Part shown: in pieces, positions 25,401 through 37,400 of the stretch | Position numbering within the stretch: position 1 is the first letter of the stretch | Layout: each line of letters opens with the position of its first letter | Assembly (NCBI GenBank): GCA_030264375.1 | Contig: JASCQW010000027.1 | Location: forward strand, 55,355,351-55,419,350 | Source of the DNA: Carcharhinus longimanus | Lineage: Eukaryota | Reading direction: 5' to 3' | Length of the DNA stretch: 64,000 bases | Notes under the pieces: generated by a model | Database searches by the model: none | Seen by the model: only the letters and a program-made list of their open reading frames with translations | What the model was told of the DNA's origin: nothing | Translations under genes and position numbers: made by a program

Positions 25401-28400
25401 ATCTGTAAGATGGTTTTAATAACCATGTGACGTAAAGTCATTAATGTTTTATCGTAAGTTTTACATTTTTATGAGGTCAGTGTCACAGGCAGCAGAGTAC
25501 CTCCAAGACCTCTCAATGATTATGCTTGTAAATCTCTTCTCAGCCTGATACCTTCTTGCTCTCATTGGATAATGGTACCGTCATTTTCAAAATGAAAGAA
25601 ACAACACTACAGTCAACAAAAAAGCAATATAATGATGGATGGAATCATTTCATTAGAGCAACTGTCACCTCATCAGGGTAATTATCTTCTGCTTTCATGT
25701 ATTTTGTTATTGACAATGGATTAGTTCCAATTCAATTTTATTAACAAAGAAATTCAACAATCACTTGAACCCGTGAAACAAGTTGGGTTAAGTCCAGTCC
25801 TTGAGGTTTGCAGCTCTGGACAAAGTTGTAAGGCATGTCCTGCATAAATAGCTATGTTATATTTGATTACAACAGTTATGTCTACAAGGGCAGGATTAGG
25901 CATTAAATGTTCCTGGGTACAAGGACAGACATGCCAAACTCTCAGTGCTCAGCTGCAGCTGTGGCGGGGTGTGAACGGCCAGAATACCGCAGCCATTTTC
26001 CGTTGCAATTTATTTTCACATTGAATTCTAGTTGAATGCTGAATCCTCACTGATATTTAATGTAACTTTGTGACATGTAATTTTTCCCTTATTTCTTTCA
26101 GTTGTCAGTTAATGGTGGATGATGAGGATAAAACAACAGATGATTGCCCCTTAAAGGAAACAGTACAACCCAAAGGAAAATTCTACCTTGGAGGTTCACC
26201 CCACAACCAGTACATTAACTTCACAGGCTGCATCAGCAATGCTTATCTCAGCAGGTCAGAGCTTCTTTATTTGGTCATCGACAGATTTTATGTGTATTTT
26301 TTTACTGCCCATGATCAATAGGTTTGTGTGCAAGTGATATATGTTTTCTTACCCTCAGATTGATTGTTCCAATTCAAATCATTTCCAAAGGGAAGCTCTT
26401 TGTTAGTTTTAAAATAAAGAAGGTCTTTTATTATCTTGCATTTGCCCCAGGCATTTCAAACAAACACCCACACACATAAAAATTAGATACAGATGAAGGN
26501 NNNNNNNNNNNNNNNNNNNNNNNNNNNNNNNNNNNNNNNNNNNNNNNNNNNNNNNNNNNNNNNNNNNNNNNNNNNNNNNNNNNNNNNNNNNNNNNNNNNN
26601 NNNNNNNNNNNNNNNNNNNNNNNNNNNNNNNNNNNNNNNNNNNNNNNNNNNNNNNNNNNNNNNNNNNNNNNNNNNNNNNNNNNNNNNNNNNNNNNNNNNN
26701 NNNNNNNNNNNNNNNNNNNNNNNNNNNNNNNNNNNNNNNNNNNNNNNNNNNNNNNNNNNNNNNNNNNNNNNNNNNNNNNNNNNNNNNNNNNNNNNNNNNN
26801 NNNNNNNNNNNNNNNNNNNNNNNNNNNNNNNNNNNNNNNNNNNNNNNNNNNNNNNNNNNNNNNNNNNNNNNNNNNNNNNNNNNNNNNNNNNNNNNNNNNN
26901 NNNNNNNNNNNNNNNNNNNNNNNNNNNNNNNNNNNNNNNNNNNNNNNNCAGGTAAGATTAAGGAGAACCCTAAGGCGTTCTACAAATATGTGAAGAGTAA
27001 AAGGATGAGATGTGAAGGAATAGGAACTATAAAATGTGAAGGTGGAAAAGTTTGTAAAAAACTGGTAGAAATAGCAGAGGTGCTTAATGAATACTTTACC
27101 TCGGTATTCACGGTTGAAAAAGATCGGGGTGGCTGTACTGCAGGCTTGCGGTGGCACTGAAAAGATTGAGTATGTGGACATTAAAAAAGTGGATGTGTTG
27201 GAAGTTTTGAATAGCATCATGATAGATAAATTGCCAGGACCAGATGGGATGTACCCCAGGTTACTGTGGGAAGCCAGGGAAGAGATTACAGAACCTCTGG
27301 TGATGGAGACAGGAGAGGTTCTGGAGGATTGGAAGATTGTGAACGTGGTTCTTATGTTCAAGAAAGGGAATAGGGATAGCCCAGGGAATTACCGACCGGT
27401 GAGTCTAACCTCAGTGGTTGGTAAGTTGATAGAGAAGATTCTGAGGGACAGGATTTATGAACGTTCAGAGAAGTTTATATGCTCAATAGTAGTCAGCATG
27501 GCTTTGTCAAAGGCAGATCGTGCCTTATGAGCCTGGTTGAGTTCTTTGAAAATGTAACTAAATACATTGATGAAGGAAGAGCGGTAGATGTGATTTATAT
27601 GGATTTCAGCAAGGCGTTTGATAAGATCCCCCATGCAAGACTTCTTGAGCAAGCGAGAGGGCGTAGGATCCAAGGGGCTGTTGCCTTGTGGATCCAGAAC
27701 TGGCTTGCCTGCAGAAGGCAGAGAGTGATTGTAGATGGGTCTTTTTCTGTAAGGGGGTCGGTCACCAGTGGAGTGCCCCAGGGATCTGTTCTGGGACCCT
27801 TGCTGTTTGTAATTTTCATAAATGACCTGGATNNNNNNNNNNNNNNNNNNNNNNNNNNNNNNNNNNNNNNNNNNNNNNNNNNNNNNNNNNNNNNNNNNNN
27901 NNNNNNNNNNNNNNNNNNNNNNNNNNNNNNNNNNNNNNNNNNNNNNNNNNNNNNNNNNNNNNNNNNNNNNNNNNNNNNNNNNNNNNNNNNNNNNNNNNNN
28001 NNNNNNNNNNNNNNNNNNNNNNNNNNNNNNNNNNNNNNNNNNNNNNNNNNNNNNNNNNNNNNNNNNNNNNNNNNNNNNNNNNNNNNNNNNNNNNNNNNNN
28101 NNNNNNNNNNNNNNNNNNNNNNNNNNNNNNNNNNNNNNNNNNNNNNNNNNNNNNNNNNNNNNNNNNNNNNNNNNNNNNNNNNNNNNNNNNNNNNNNNNNN
28201 NNNNNNNNNNNNNNNNNNNNNNNNNNNNNNNNNNNNNNNNNNNNNNNNNNNNNNNNNNNNNNNNNNNNNNNNNNNNNNNNNNNNNNNNNNNNNNNNNNNN
28301 NNNNNNNNNNNNNNNNNNNNNNNNNNNNNNNNNNNNNNNNNNNNNNNNNNNNNNNNNNNNNNNNNNNNNNNNNNNNNNNNNNNNNNNNNNNNNNNNNNNN

Positions 28401-31400
28401 NNNNNNNNNNNNNNNNNNNNNNNNNNNNNNNNNNNNNNNNNNNNNNNNNNNNNNNNNNNNNNNNNNNNNNNNNNNNNNNNNNNNNNNNNNNNNNNNNNNN
28501 NNNNNNNNNNNNNNNNNNNNNNNNNNNNNNNNNNNNNNNNNNNNNNNNNNNNNNNNNNNNNNNNNNNNNNNNNNNNNTTTCAAGAGACTTCTGGATGAGT
28601 ACATGGAACTTAATAGAATTGAGGGTTATAGGTAAGCCTAGTAGGTATGGATATGCTGGGCGCAACTTGTTGGCCGAAGGGCCTTCTTGTGCTGTAGTTT
28701 TTCTATGTTCTATGTTCTAAAACTACACTTGATCTTAGCCAAGAGGCCAAAGCAGCAGGGTTTCTTGTAATCAAAATTCCCAGGAGGTTGGTTCTCAGGT
28801 GAAGCCGGAGTTGGAACAGTTTGGGAGGAGTCCTCTCCGACCTTCAAGGTATTGCTGTTTATTAGCTTGGTTGCTTAGATGATTTGCAGCTGGTTCAGTG
28901 ACTTTCTCAGGGAATTCAGTCTGCAGAACAGCTTTCTTGTTGTTGTTTTCAAAGCGAACAGAAAGCATAGTTATTACATGACCGTTTATAAAGTCCAAAG
29001 TCCTTTTCCAAATAAGGTGTGTGTGGTTCGGTTGATTATATGTAAAAGTGTGGATTTCACACCTTAGAAGTTTGAAACGATAAGTGTTTTTGTATCTGAA
29101 TAACCCACTCGATTTTAAATTAATTGAATTAGTTTCAGGAAAAGGCACTGAATAACATCAGCTGAAAGGTCCACTTTGTTCCCTCTTGAGACAGGGGAGT
29201 GCTTCAATCTACTAGAGAAATCAGTTGATCCTTGACCAGCCATCTTTTTGCAGCTATTTGCAGTTAAAAACTAAACATTAGTTTGAAGTTCATAATGTAC
29301 TGAAATATGATCATTTTGTCTTGATGTGTGTAGACAATGCTAGCATGTAGAAGAAAGACCATAATACCTGGGAGCAGAATTAGGCCTTTCAGCCCATCGA
29401 ATCTCCTCTGCCATTCAATCATGGCAGATATTTTTCTCATCCCCATTCTCCTGCCTTTTCCTCATAACCCCTGGTCCCCTTGTTAATCAGGAACCTATCT
29501 ATCTCTGTCATAAAGACATTCAATGACCTGGCCTCCACAATCTTTGGTGGCAAAGAGTTCCACAGATTCACCACTCCCTGCCTGAACAAATTCCTCCTCT
29601 TCTCTATTTTAAAGGATTGTTCCTTTAGCCTGAGGCTATGCTCTCTGGTTCTAGTTTTTCCTATTAGTGGAAACATCCTCTCCATGTCCACTCTATCCAG
29701 GCCTCACAAGTATCAATAAGATCCTTCCTCACCCTTCTAAACTCCAATGAGTACAGACCCAGAATGCTCAATAGTTCCTCAAATGACAAGTTCTTCATTC
29801 CAGGGAAAATTCTTGTGAGCCTCCTCTGGATGATTTCTGAGGTCAGCATATCGATCCTTAGATAGGGGGCCCAAAATTGCTCACAATACTCCAAATGGGG
29901 TCTGGTCAGTGCCTTTTACAGCCTCAGAAGAACCTCCCTGCTCTTATATTCTAGCCTTCTCGACATGAATGCTAACATCGCATTTGCCTTCCTAACTGCC
30001 GACTGATCCTGCACATTAACCTTAAGAGAATCTTGAACAAGGACTCCCAAGTTCCTTCATGTTTCTGATTTCCTAAGCATTTTCCCATTTAGAAAATAGT
30101 CTATGCCTCCATACCTCCTTACAAAGTGCATAACCTCACACTTTTCCACATTGTATTCCATCTGCGCTTCTTTGCCCACTCTCCTAATCTGTCCAAGTCC
30201 TTCTGCAGCTCCCCTGCTTTGTCAATACTACCTGCCCCTCTACATATCTTTGTATCATCTGCAAACTTAGCAACAGTGCCTTCAGTTTCTTCTTCCAAAT
30301 TGTTAATGTATATTGTGGAAGGTTGTGGTCCCAGCACCGACTTCTGAGGCACACCACTGGCCACCAGCTGCCATCCAAAAAAGACCCCTTTATCCCCATT
30401 CTCTGCCTTCTGCCAGCAAGCCAATCCTCTATCCATGCCGCATCTTACCCTTAACGCCATGGGTTCTTAACTTATTTAACAGTCTCCTGTAAGGCACCTT
30501 GTCAAATGCCTTTTGGAAATCTAAATAAATCACATCCACTACTTCTCTTTTATCTAATTTCCTTGTTGTCTACTCAAAGAACTCTAACAGGTTTGTCAGA
30601 CATGAGCTCCCCTTGACGAACCCGTGCTGTTTCAGTCCTATGTTATCAGGCACTTCCAAGTACTCCGCAATCACATCTTTAATAATGGACTCTAAAATTT
30701 TGCCAACGACCGAAGTCAGGCTAACCAACCTATAATTTCCTTTCTGCTGCCTCCCTCCCTTCTTAAACAGCGATGTTACATTAGCTACTTTCCGGTCCTC
30801 TGGGACCCTCCGTGCCTCCAGTGATCCCTGAAAGATCATCGCCAATGCCTCCACAATTTCATCAGCTACCTCCTTTAGAACCCGGGGTGTAGTCCATCCG
30901 GTCCAGGTGATTTATCCACCTTCAGACCTTTCAGTTTCCCCAGAACATTCTCCTGGAGCTCTGGCATCCGACTGGCGTCTTCCACGTGAAGACTGATGCA
31001 AAGTAACTATTCAGTTCCTCTACCATTTCTTTGTTTCCTATTATTACTTCTCTAGCCTCATTTTCTAGTGGTCCAATGTCATTTTCGTCTCTCTGTTATC
31101 TTTCATATATTGAAAAAAATTCTGTCTTCTTTTATATTACTAGCTAGCTTACACTTATATTTCATCTTCTTCCCCCTTTGCTCGCTTTTGAAGCCTTCCC
31201 AATCCTCTGGCTTCCCACTAATCCTTGCCATTTTGTATGCTTTTTCTTTTGCTTTTATGCTGTCCTTCACTTCCCTCATCAGCCATAGCATGTTTTCTCT
31301 TCCTAGGGATGAATTTCTTTTGTGCCTCCCGAATAACCCCCCGAAAACTCCTGCCGTTGCTATTCCACAGTTTTCCCTCCTAGATTCCCTTTCCAATCAA

Positions 31401-34400
31401 CTCTGGCCAGCTGCTGCCTCATGTCTTTGTAGTTACCTTTATTTAATTGTAATTCCGTTTAGGTATTACAATTAGGTAAAGGTTTATAGGAGACAAAAGG
31501 TTTGTGCAATATGTTCCTGGAAAATAAATAATATTTTCTTATTCACCTTTATATAAAGAATATGTTCCCTTTGCAGATATCAGTTATAGATTGAAAATAT
31601 GCACATATGTTATGGAAAAAACAGTGCTCCCGCTTTTCATGACAAAATTGACTGTTGGCCTACAGTACAGTTAATATGAGTGTTTTATTTGGCATTTTTT
31701 AAAATAAAATCTTTCTCTCTCAAGATCAGGTAGATCAGTCAGCTCTGTTGGCTATTCAGCCACAACAGTGGTCTCATGGAGGATAGCCATCATTGGCAGC
31801 TGGTATAGATATTTTCTTAAAAAGATATAGATGGTGCAACATAAAATTTGCATTTATTTGGCTTCAATTATGCAATGTAAATACAAAAAAGTTGCTTTGC
31901 GCTCTGCAGAATTAATTGTATTGACATAATTGTTCTAAGCAGAAATAATACAACAAAAAAATCCTCTCAAAAGCAACGTACTTTATAGTAAATATGCATT
32001 TGGTCCAATCAGATTTACCACAAGGCTTTTATTAGCCAGAACTGAAAAAGACAAAACTGAAGAAAAGAATTAAGCAATTTTTCTTGATTCCAATTGTACC
32101 AAATGAAGTATAGTACAGCTTCAGGGAACTCTAATGGATAGCCACATATCCACTGNNNNNNNNNNNNNNNNNNNNNNNNNNNNNNNNNNNNNNNNNNNNN
32201 NNNNNNNNNNNNNNNNNNNNNNNNNNNNNNNNNNNNNNNNNNNNNNNNNNNNNNNNNNNNNNNNNNNNNNNNNNNNNNNNNNNNNNNNNNGCACAGGACA
32301 GAGTGGAGCCATTTGCTGGGGAGAACAGAGACAGTGGGCCAGCAGTACATCAGTGCTGTGTCTTTGTGGCACCAACTCAAGGGTGTCTGCAATGTGTTGG
32401 AAGTTTATTGAGAGTTCCTTCATGCTGAGTCAGCAGGAGCCCCAGCCTCTTAGCCAACAAAAATGAAAGAGCATTGCCAAATTCCAACTGCAGGCAGTAT
32501 TTGCAAAACATCTTGGTCAGTCTCAATCAAGAGCGTACACAATGTTGCTCAAACATTACAACTGAGGCAGGCCTTGTAGTGGACCTGCACTGGAATCAGT
32601 CCACCTCCGCTTCTGCTTCTGTTTCCATCTCCAGCCTACTGCTGGAAATAGACACATCTGAAGGATGTCCTGCCCTCCAATGCATGATGATCCTTTGGCA
32701 CTGCCAGAATGTAGGTGGGACCGTGGCAATTTGAACAATCCTGACTCTCGATTCCTACCTCTGACAGGAAAGTCTGGCCCTTCAAGTAAGGCTTTGCATA
32801 AGTAGATATGTTAAAATGTTTGAACTTCCAACCCAACTTGAATATTAGCACAGTCATGCCGCAATATGCCACATTGCTACATTTTCAGCATGTCGCCTGG
32901 AACTAAAACATTTTGTAGCTGCGCAAATTCTGGGTGATCCTGAAATATTGTGCTTAGACTGGCAACTGAACATGGATTGCAGTCTGTAATCATTTCTTAA
33001 ATATAAAGAAAACGTACTGTGTACAACTCAGTTCAGATACAACTTGAAAGTTCACGTGTGAAGTTATTCTGAATTTTATTTTACAGAAAGGGACATTATT
33101 TTAGCTACTTTCAGTAATAAATCCCCAAAGTAGTTTGTCTGCAGCCCCTGTATTAAAGTGCAGCTGAGAAGGAGGGTGAAAAAGGAATCACGAGTATTGT
33201 AGTCACAGATGTGCCATTTGTCGCTTACTACCATTTTCAAACATCAGCAGAAATGAAGTTTCTGAACTCAAGTCCTAGGCTAATTTGCAAAAAGGCACAC
33301 ATCTCTTGATTTTAATTCTGTGGGTTCCAGTTTTTCATACCAAAAGAATTACAAAATATGATTCTAAAAATTTCTGGTAAAATTCTTGACATCCCATGTA
33401 ATAAAAACTGAATTTAAATTATTTAATGACTGTAAAATGGCCTACATCATGGTCATAAGTTTATGACTTTCTGAACTCATTGCCTCAATGGAATGTTTAG
33501 AAGCCATTTGCCACATTTTACAAGATTTCTTAGATTGATACATATATAGGTTATGATATCAAATAAACTCTTGCCTAACAAAGAACCCACTGTATGCATT
33601 TGTGGAGTTCTGCCAGATGCAATTTTGGCTGTTGCCTCCAAACTATCCTAGGGTTTTGTCTTGGAACATCTGTTGGTACTATATCAGTTGAAAGAGCTGG
33701 TTAAGTTCTGTGTGACCCTAAAATATTCTGTTCGGACTTGTAATCTAACATGGAATGCGATCTGTATTTCAACTTCTTGGATCTAGGCCTAAAGAAGTGG
33801 ATTTTGAACAATCAGAGGTCAAGATCTCTCTTTTTTAATATTTTTAAGAGATCTTTCTTTGTGCAGACAATGTGCAGTTCTGACTCATTATTGCCAACAG
33901 GATGGTCTTCCAGTAGATAATATATTGCAGTAAATTCTTGCACCAAGCTTTACACAGACTTCACAGAATTAGAAATATGCTGTGATCAGCAGAAAATGAA
34001 AGATAAATATTGTGAATATTGGTTGCTGCAAAAGATCTTCATCCTGAGACATAAATTTTAAAATTTGGTAATTATTGTTATGGGCAGGTGAACTATGAAA
34101 ATTGGCCCAAAGTATGGGCTTCATAGGCCACCAATATGATGGCAAATGGGCACATCAAGATAAATGCTTTACTGACCAAACAAAATGTTACTAAAGCTGA
34201 CCAGGTTTTGCTTTCAAATTTTTAATGCGCTTTGAGAGAATCAATAACTATCAAACTACACAAAAGTGTAAAAAACAGCAGGAGCTATTGAATAGCTGCG
34301 ATCCTATTGGGCTGATGGTGGTTTCATCATTGGTCAGAGAACCAATGAGGAACTTGGGTCAATATTGTGGGGCAGACCCGACAAAATCAAGTGCCCTTCA

Positions 34401-37400
34401 GACACTTAATTGGTCATCATTGGGCCTTCCCCACAATTGAGCTCATCAGAACTCNNNNNNNNNNNNNNNNNNNNNNNNNNNNNNNNNNNNNNNNNNNNNN
34501 NNNNNNNNNNNNNNNNNNNNNNNNNNNNNNNNNNNNNNNNNNNNNNNNNNNNNNNNNNNNNNNNNNNNNNNNNNNNNNNNNNNNNNNNNNNNNNNNNNNN
34601 NNNNNNNNNNNNNNNNNNNNNNNNNNNNNNNNNNNNNNNNNNNNNNNNNNNNNNNNNNNNNNNNNNNNNNNNNNNNNNNNNNNNNNNNNNNNNNNNNNNN
34701 NNNNNNNNNNNNNNNNNNNNNNNNNNNNNNNNNNNNNNNNNNNNNNNNNNNNNNNNNNNNNNNNNNNNNNNNNNNNNNNNNNNNNNNNNNNNNNNNNNNN
34801 NNNNNNNNNNNNNNNNNNNNNNNNNNNNNNNNNNNNNNNNNNNNNNNNNNNNNNNNNNNNNNNNNNNNNNNNNNNNNNNNNNNNNNNNNNNNNNNNNNNN
34901 NNNNNNNNNNNNNNNNNNNNNNNNNNNNNNNNNNNNNNNNNNNNNNNNNNNNNNNNNNNNNNNNNNNNNNNNNNNNNNNNNNNNNNNNNNNNNNNNNNNN
35001 NNNNNNNNNNNNNNNNNNNNNNNNNNNNNNNNNNNNNNNNNNNNNNNNNNNNNNNNNNNNNNNNNNNNNNNNNNNNNNNNNNNNNNNNNNNNNNNNNNNN
35101 NNNNNNNNNNNNNNNNNNNNNNNNNNNNNNNNNNNNNNNNNNNNNNNNNNNNNNNNNNNNNNNNNNNNNNNNNNNNNNNNNNNNNNNNNNNNNNNNNNNN
35201 NNNNNTATCATCTTATGAAGGCCTCTCTGTGAGGGTTTGGTGAATTGATTGGTGAATCTTAAAAGGGATAAAAATAACATACATGATTGTGGGGAAGGGT
35301 TTAGGGATAGGATGAATTTGGAATAAGGGAGCCAGAAAGGAGAAGCACTGAAGCCATGATTTATTACTCTGGACACGCTCAGGAACAATGGATGTCAATT
35401 GGTTAATTAATGAACCTAATTGCCATAGTGCCAATGGTGGATGGAGATCCTGCATCAGTCCATTCCACTCTCCAAATTAATTGGGGAGGTTTTGCCACAC
35501 AGTGAGTTGGACATGGTGCCTCCCCTGTGATTAAGAGGGTTTAGCTGCCATGTTTTCCATTGTGACAAGCTGCATTAAATCAGTCCAATATGTCAAAACA
35601 GAAACACAAGAACACTGGCAGAAACAAAGAGAAAAAACACAGATGATACAGATCACACTATTGTGCTATTTAGGAAGAATCATTGGAAAGCTCTTTAGGG
35701 GAATTTTTTTTTGCCTGAGGTGATAGCAGTTTCTTCTTTGCATGAAGAATTGAATACATAATATCTTGGCAGTGCAGGACGTGAATATTACTGAAAAGAG
35801 AAACATGCTGCTGAAGCTTTTTGGCTTATACTCATCAGGACAAATATAATTTATCAGTATAAATATAAGAGGGCCAAGTTCAAAACCTTAACCATCCAGC
35901 ATTTACAAAGTCCAAAGCAAAACGTCTACTATTAGATGTGATTCTGCTTGGGTAGAACTTGCTGACCAATCCTGAATGTGTTAATAACTGCACTATCAAC
36001 CTATTTAAGATAATCAGTTGCACTCTGGCTCACTGCTAGAAGTGACAGAGATTGATATGCAGGGACCCATTCTCTGCAAATGAAAGGAATACATTTAAGC
36101 CATACTCCTTTTTTGATTACCAGGGAGCTTGAGGAGCCTCTGCTTCTCCATTCCTTTCTTCATGACAATGCTTCCATCAATCAGAGTTGACTTGCCAATC
36201 AATCAGCATCTTTTTCTCCTGCAGTATAAATTGTTGTGATCATTTGAAATTCAATGTTTTTGCAAATTCCCTGATGACTGCAAGGTGAAAAACTTTGGTA
36301 ACATGTTTCTCTTTTCAGCAACATATCATGTAATGTTTATTTTGGAATTTTTTCTAAAAAATAAGGCTTATTGAGAGATTGGACAGACTTTTTTTATTCT
36401 ACATATGTTGTAGAACTGATAAAGATATTGAAGTAGAGGATTTCCAGACATACGCTGAAAAGGTACATACCTCTCTACATGGCTGCCCAGATGAAACTCT
36501 CCCAGCAGCAATTATTGATAAACATCAAAAGAATGGTGCTAAAGCCAAGAGAGGCCGTGGTAGAAAGGTAACCATTTCTTGTTTGTGTTGATATTACTAT
36601 CCATCAAATTTTTAGCAATTTCCAAGAATTTGACAGCAATTATTTACTTTCTAGGCATATTAGCTTTTCACTTGCCTCAGTGACATGATCCTACAACAGA
36701 AAACACATGCTTGTTAAGAAAACATGGGACCTGACAGCTCAAAACTTGGCATGGACTGAAAAGAGTTGTCAACAGATTTCTATTTTATCACTGTTACTAA
36801 TTTAAAGAAGTTCTCTTCAATTTTCTGATCTGCTGTGCAGATATCCTTAAGTTACAGCTGGGGATTACTTTTAATAAATTGAGAATATCTCCATACTTAG
36901 GAGGAATATTCAAAATAATACCTTATTGGAGGCAGCAATTAGATATATAAATAAGAACACTAGAGGCCTTGAAGTTTTCAGTGCTCCGAAGAAGATTAAC
37001 TAATTCTCAAATGTTCTTTTGGCAAAGGTGGACAGTGATAAAGCAATATTACCAGAAGCTCCAGTAATCCATAGTCCAAAGATAGAAGGAAATGGCCTAC
37101 AAGATGATGCACACTGCCATCTGCTAAACAATCCCAAGACAATCCAACATGCATATCAATATGGAGGAATTCCCAACAGCCGACAAGAGATTAATGGAAT
37201 CCCTGAACTTTTCAATCGCAAGTGAGTAAATGGAACTGGAATGTATTTCATGTGGACGCAAGGTTCTGTTGAGATTCTGTTGACAGTGACTGTATCTCAA
37301 AAAGTGAAACAAAATAGAAGGAATTGGGTTTTACATGAAGATCCCTTCATAATTGTGCCAATGATGGGGACCTGTGCTAACCTGGAGTGCATTTAGAAAG

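Noticed and set aside
28722-28757. Functional U2 snRNA gene
   Set aside because: Only ~40 nt of the 5' end is present, with a degenerate start and no Sm site or 3' stem-loops.
10512-35388. Long ORFs in the track (10512-11121, 26483-27361, 27479-28720, 34367-35388 and others)
   Set aside because: Their length comes from reading through N runs; the real parts are CR1 fragments or noise.
36975-37027. Stronger-looking upstream acceptor ttttcAG at 36981 for the 37028 exon
   Set aside because: It would add 46 nt and shift the frame; the AAG acceptor at 37027 keeps phase.
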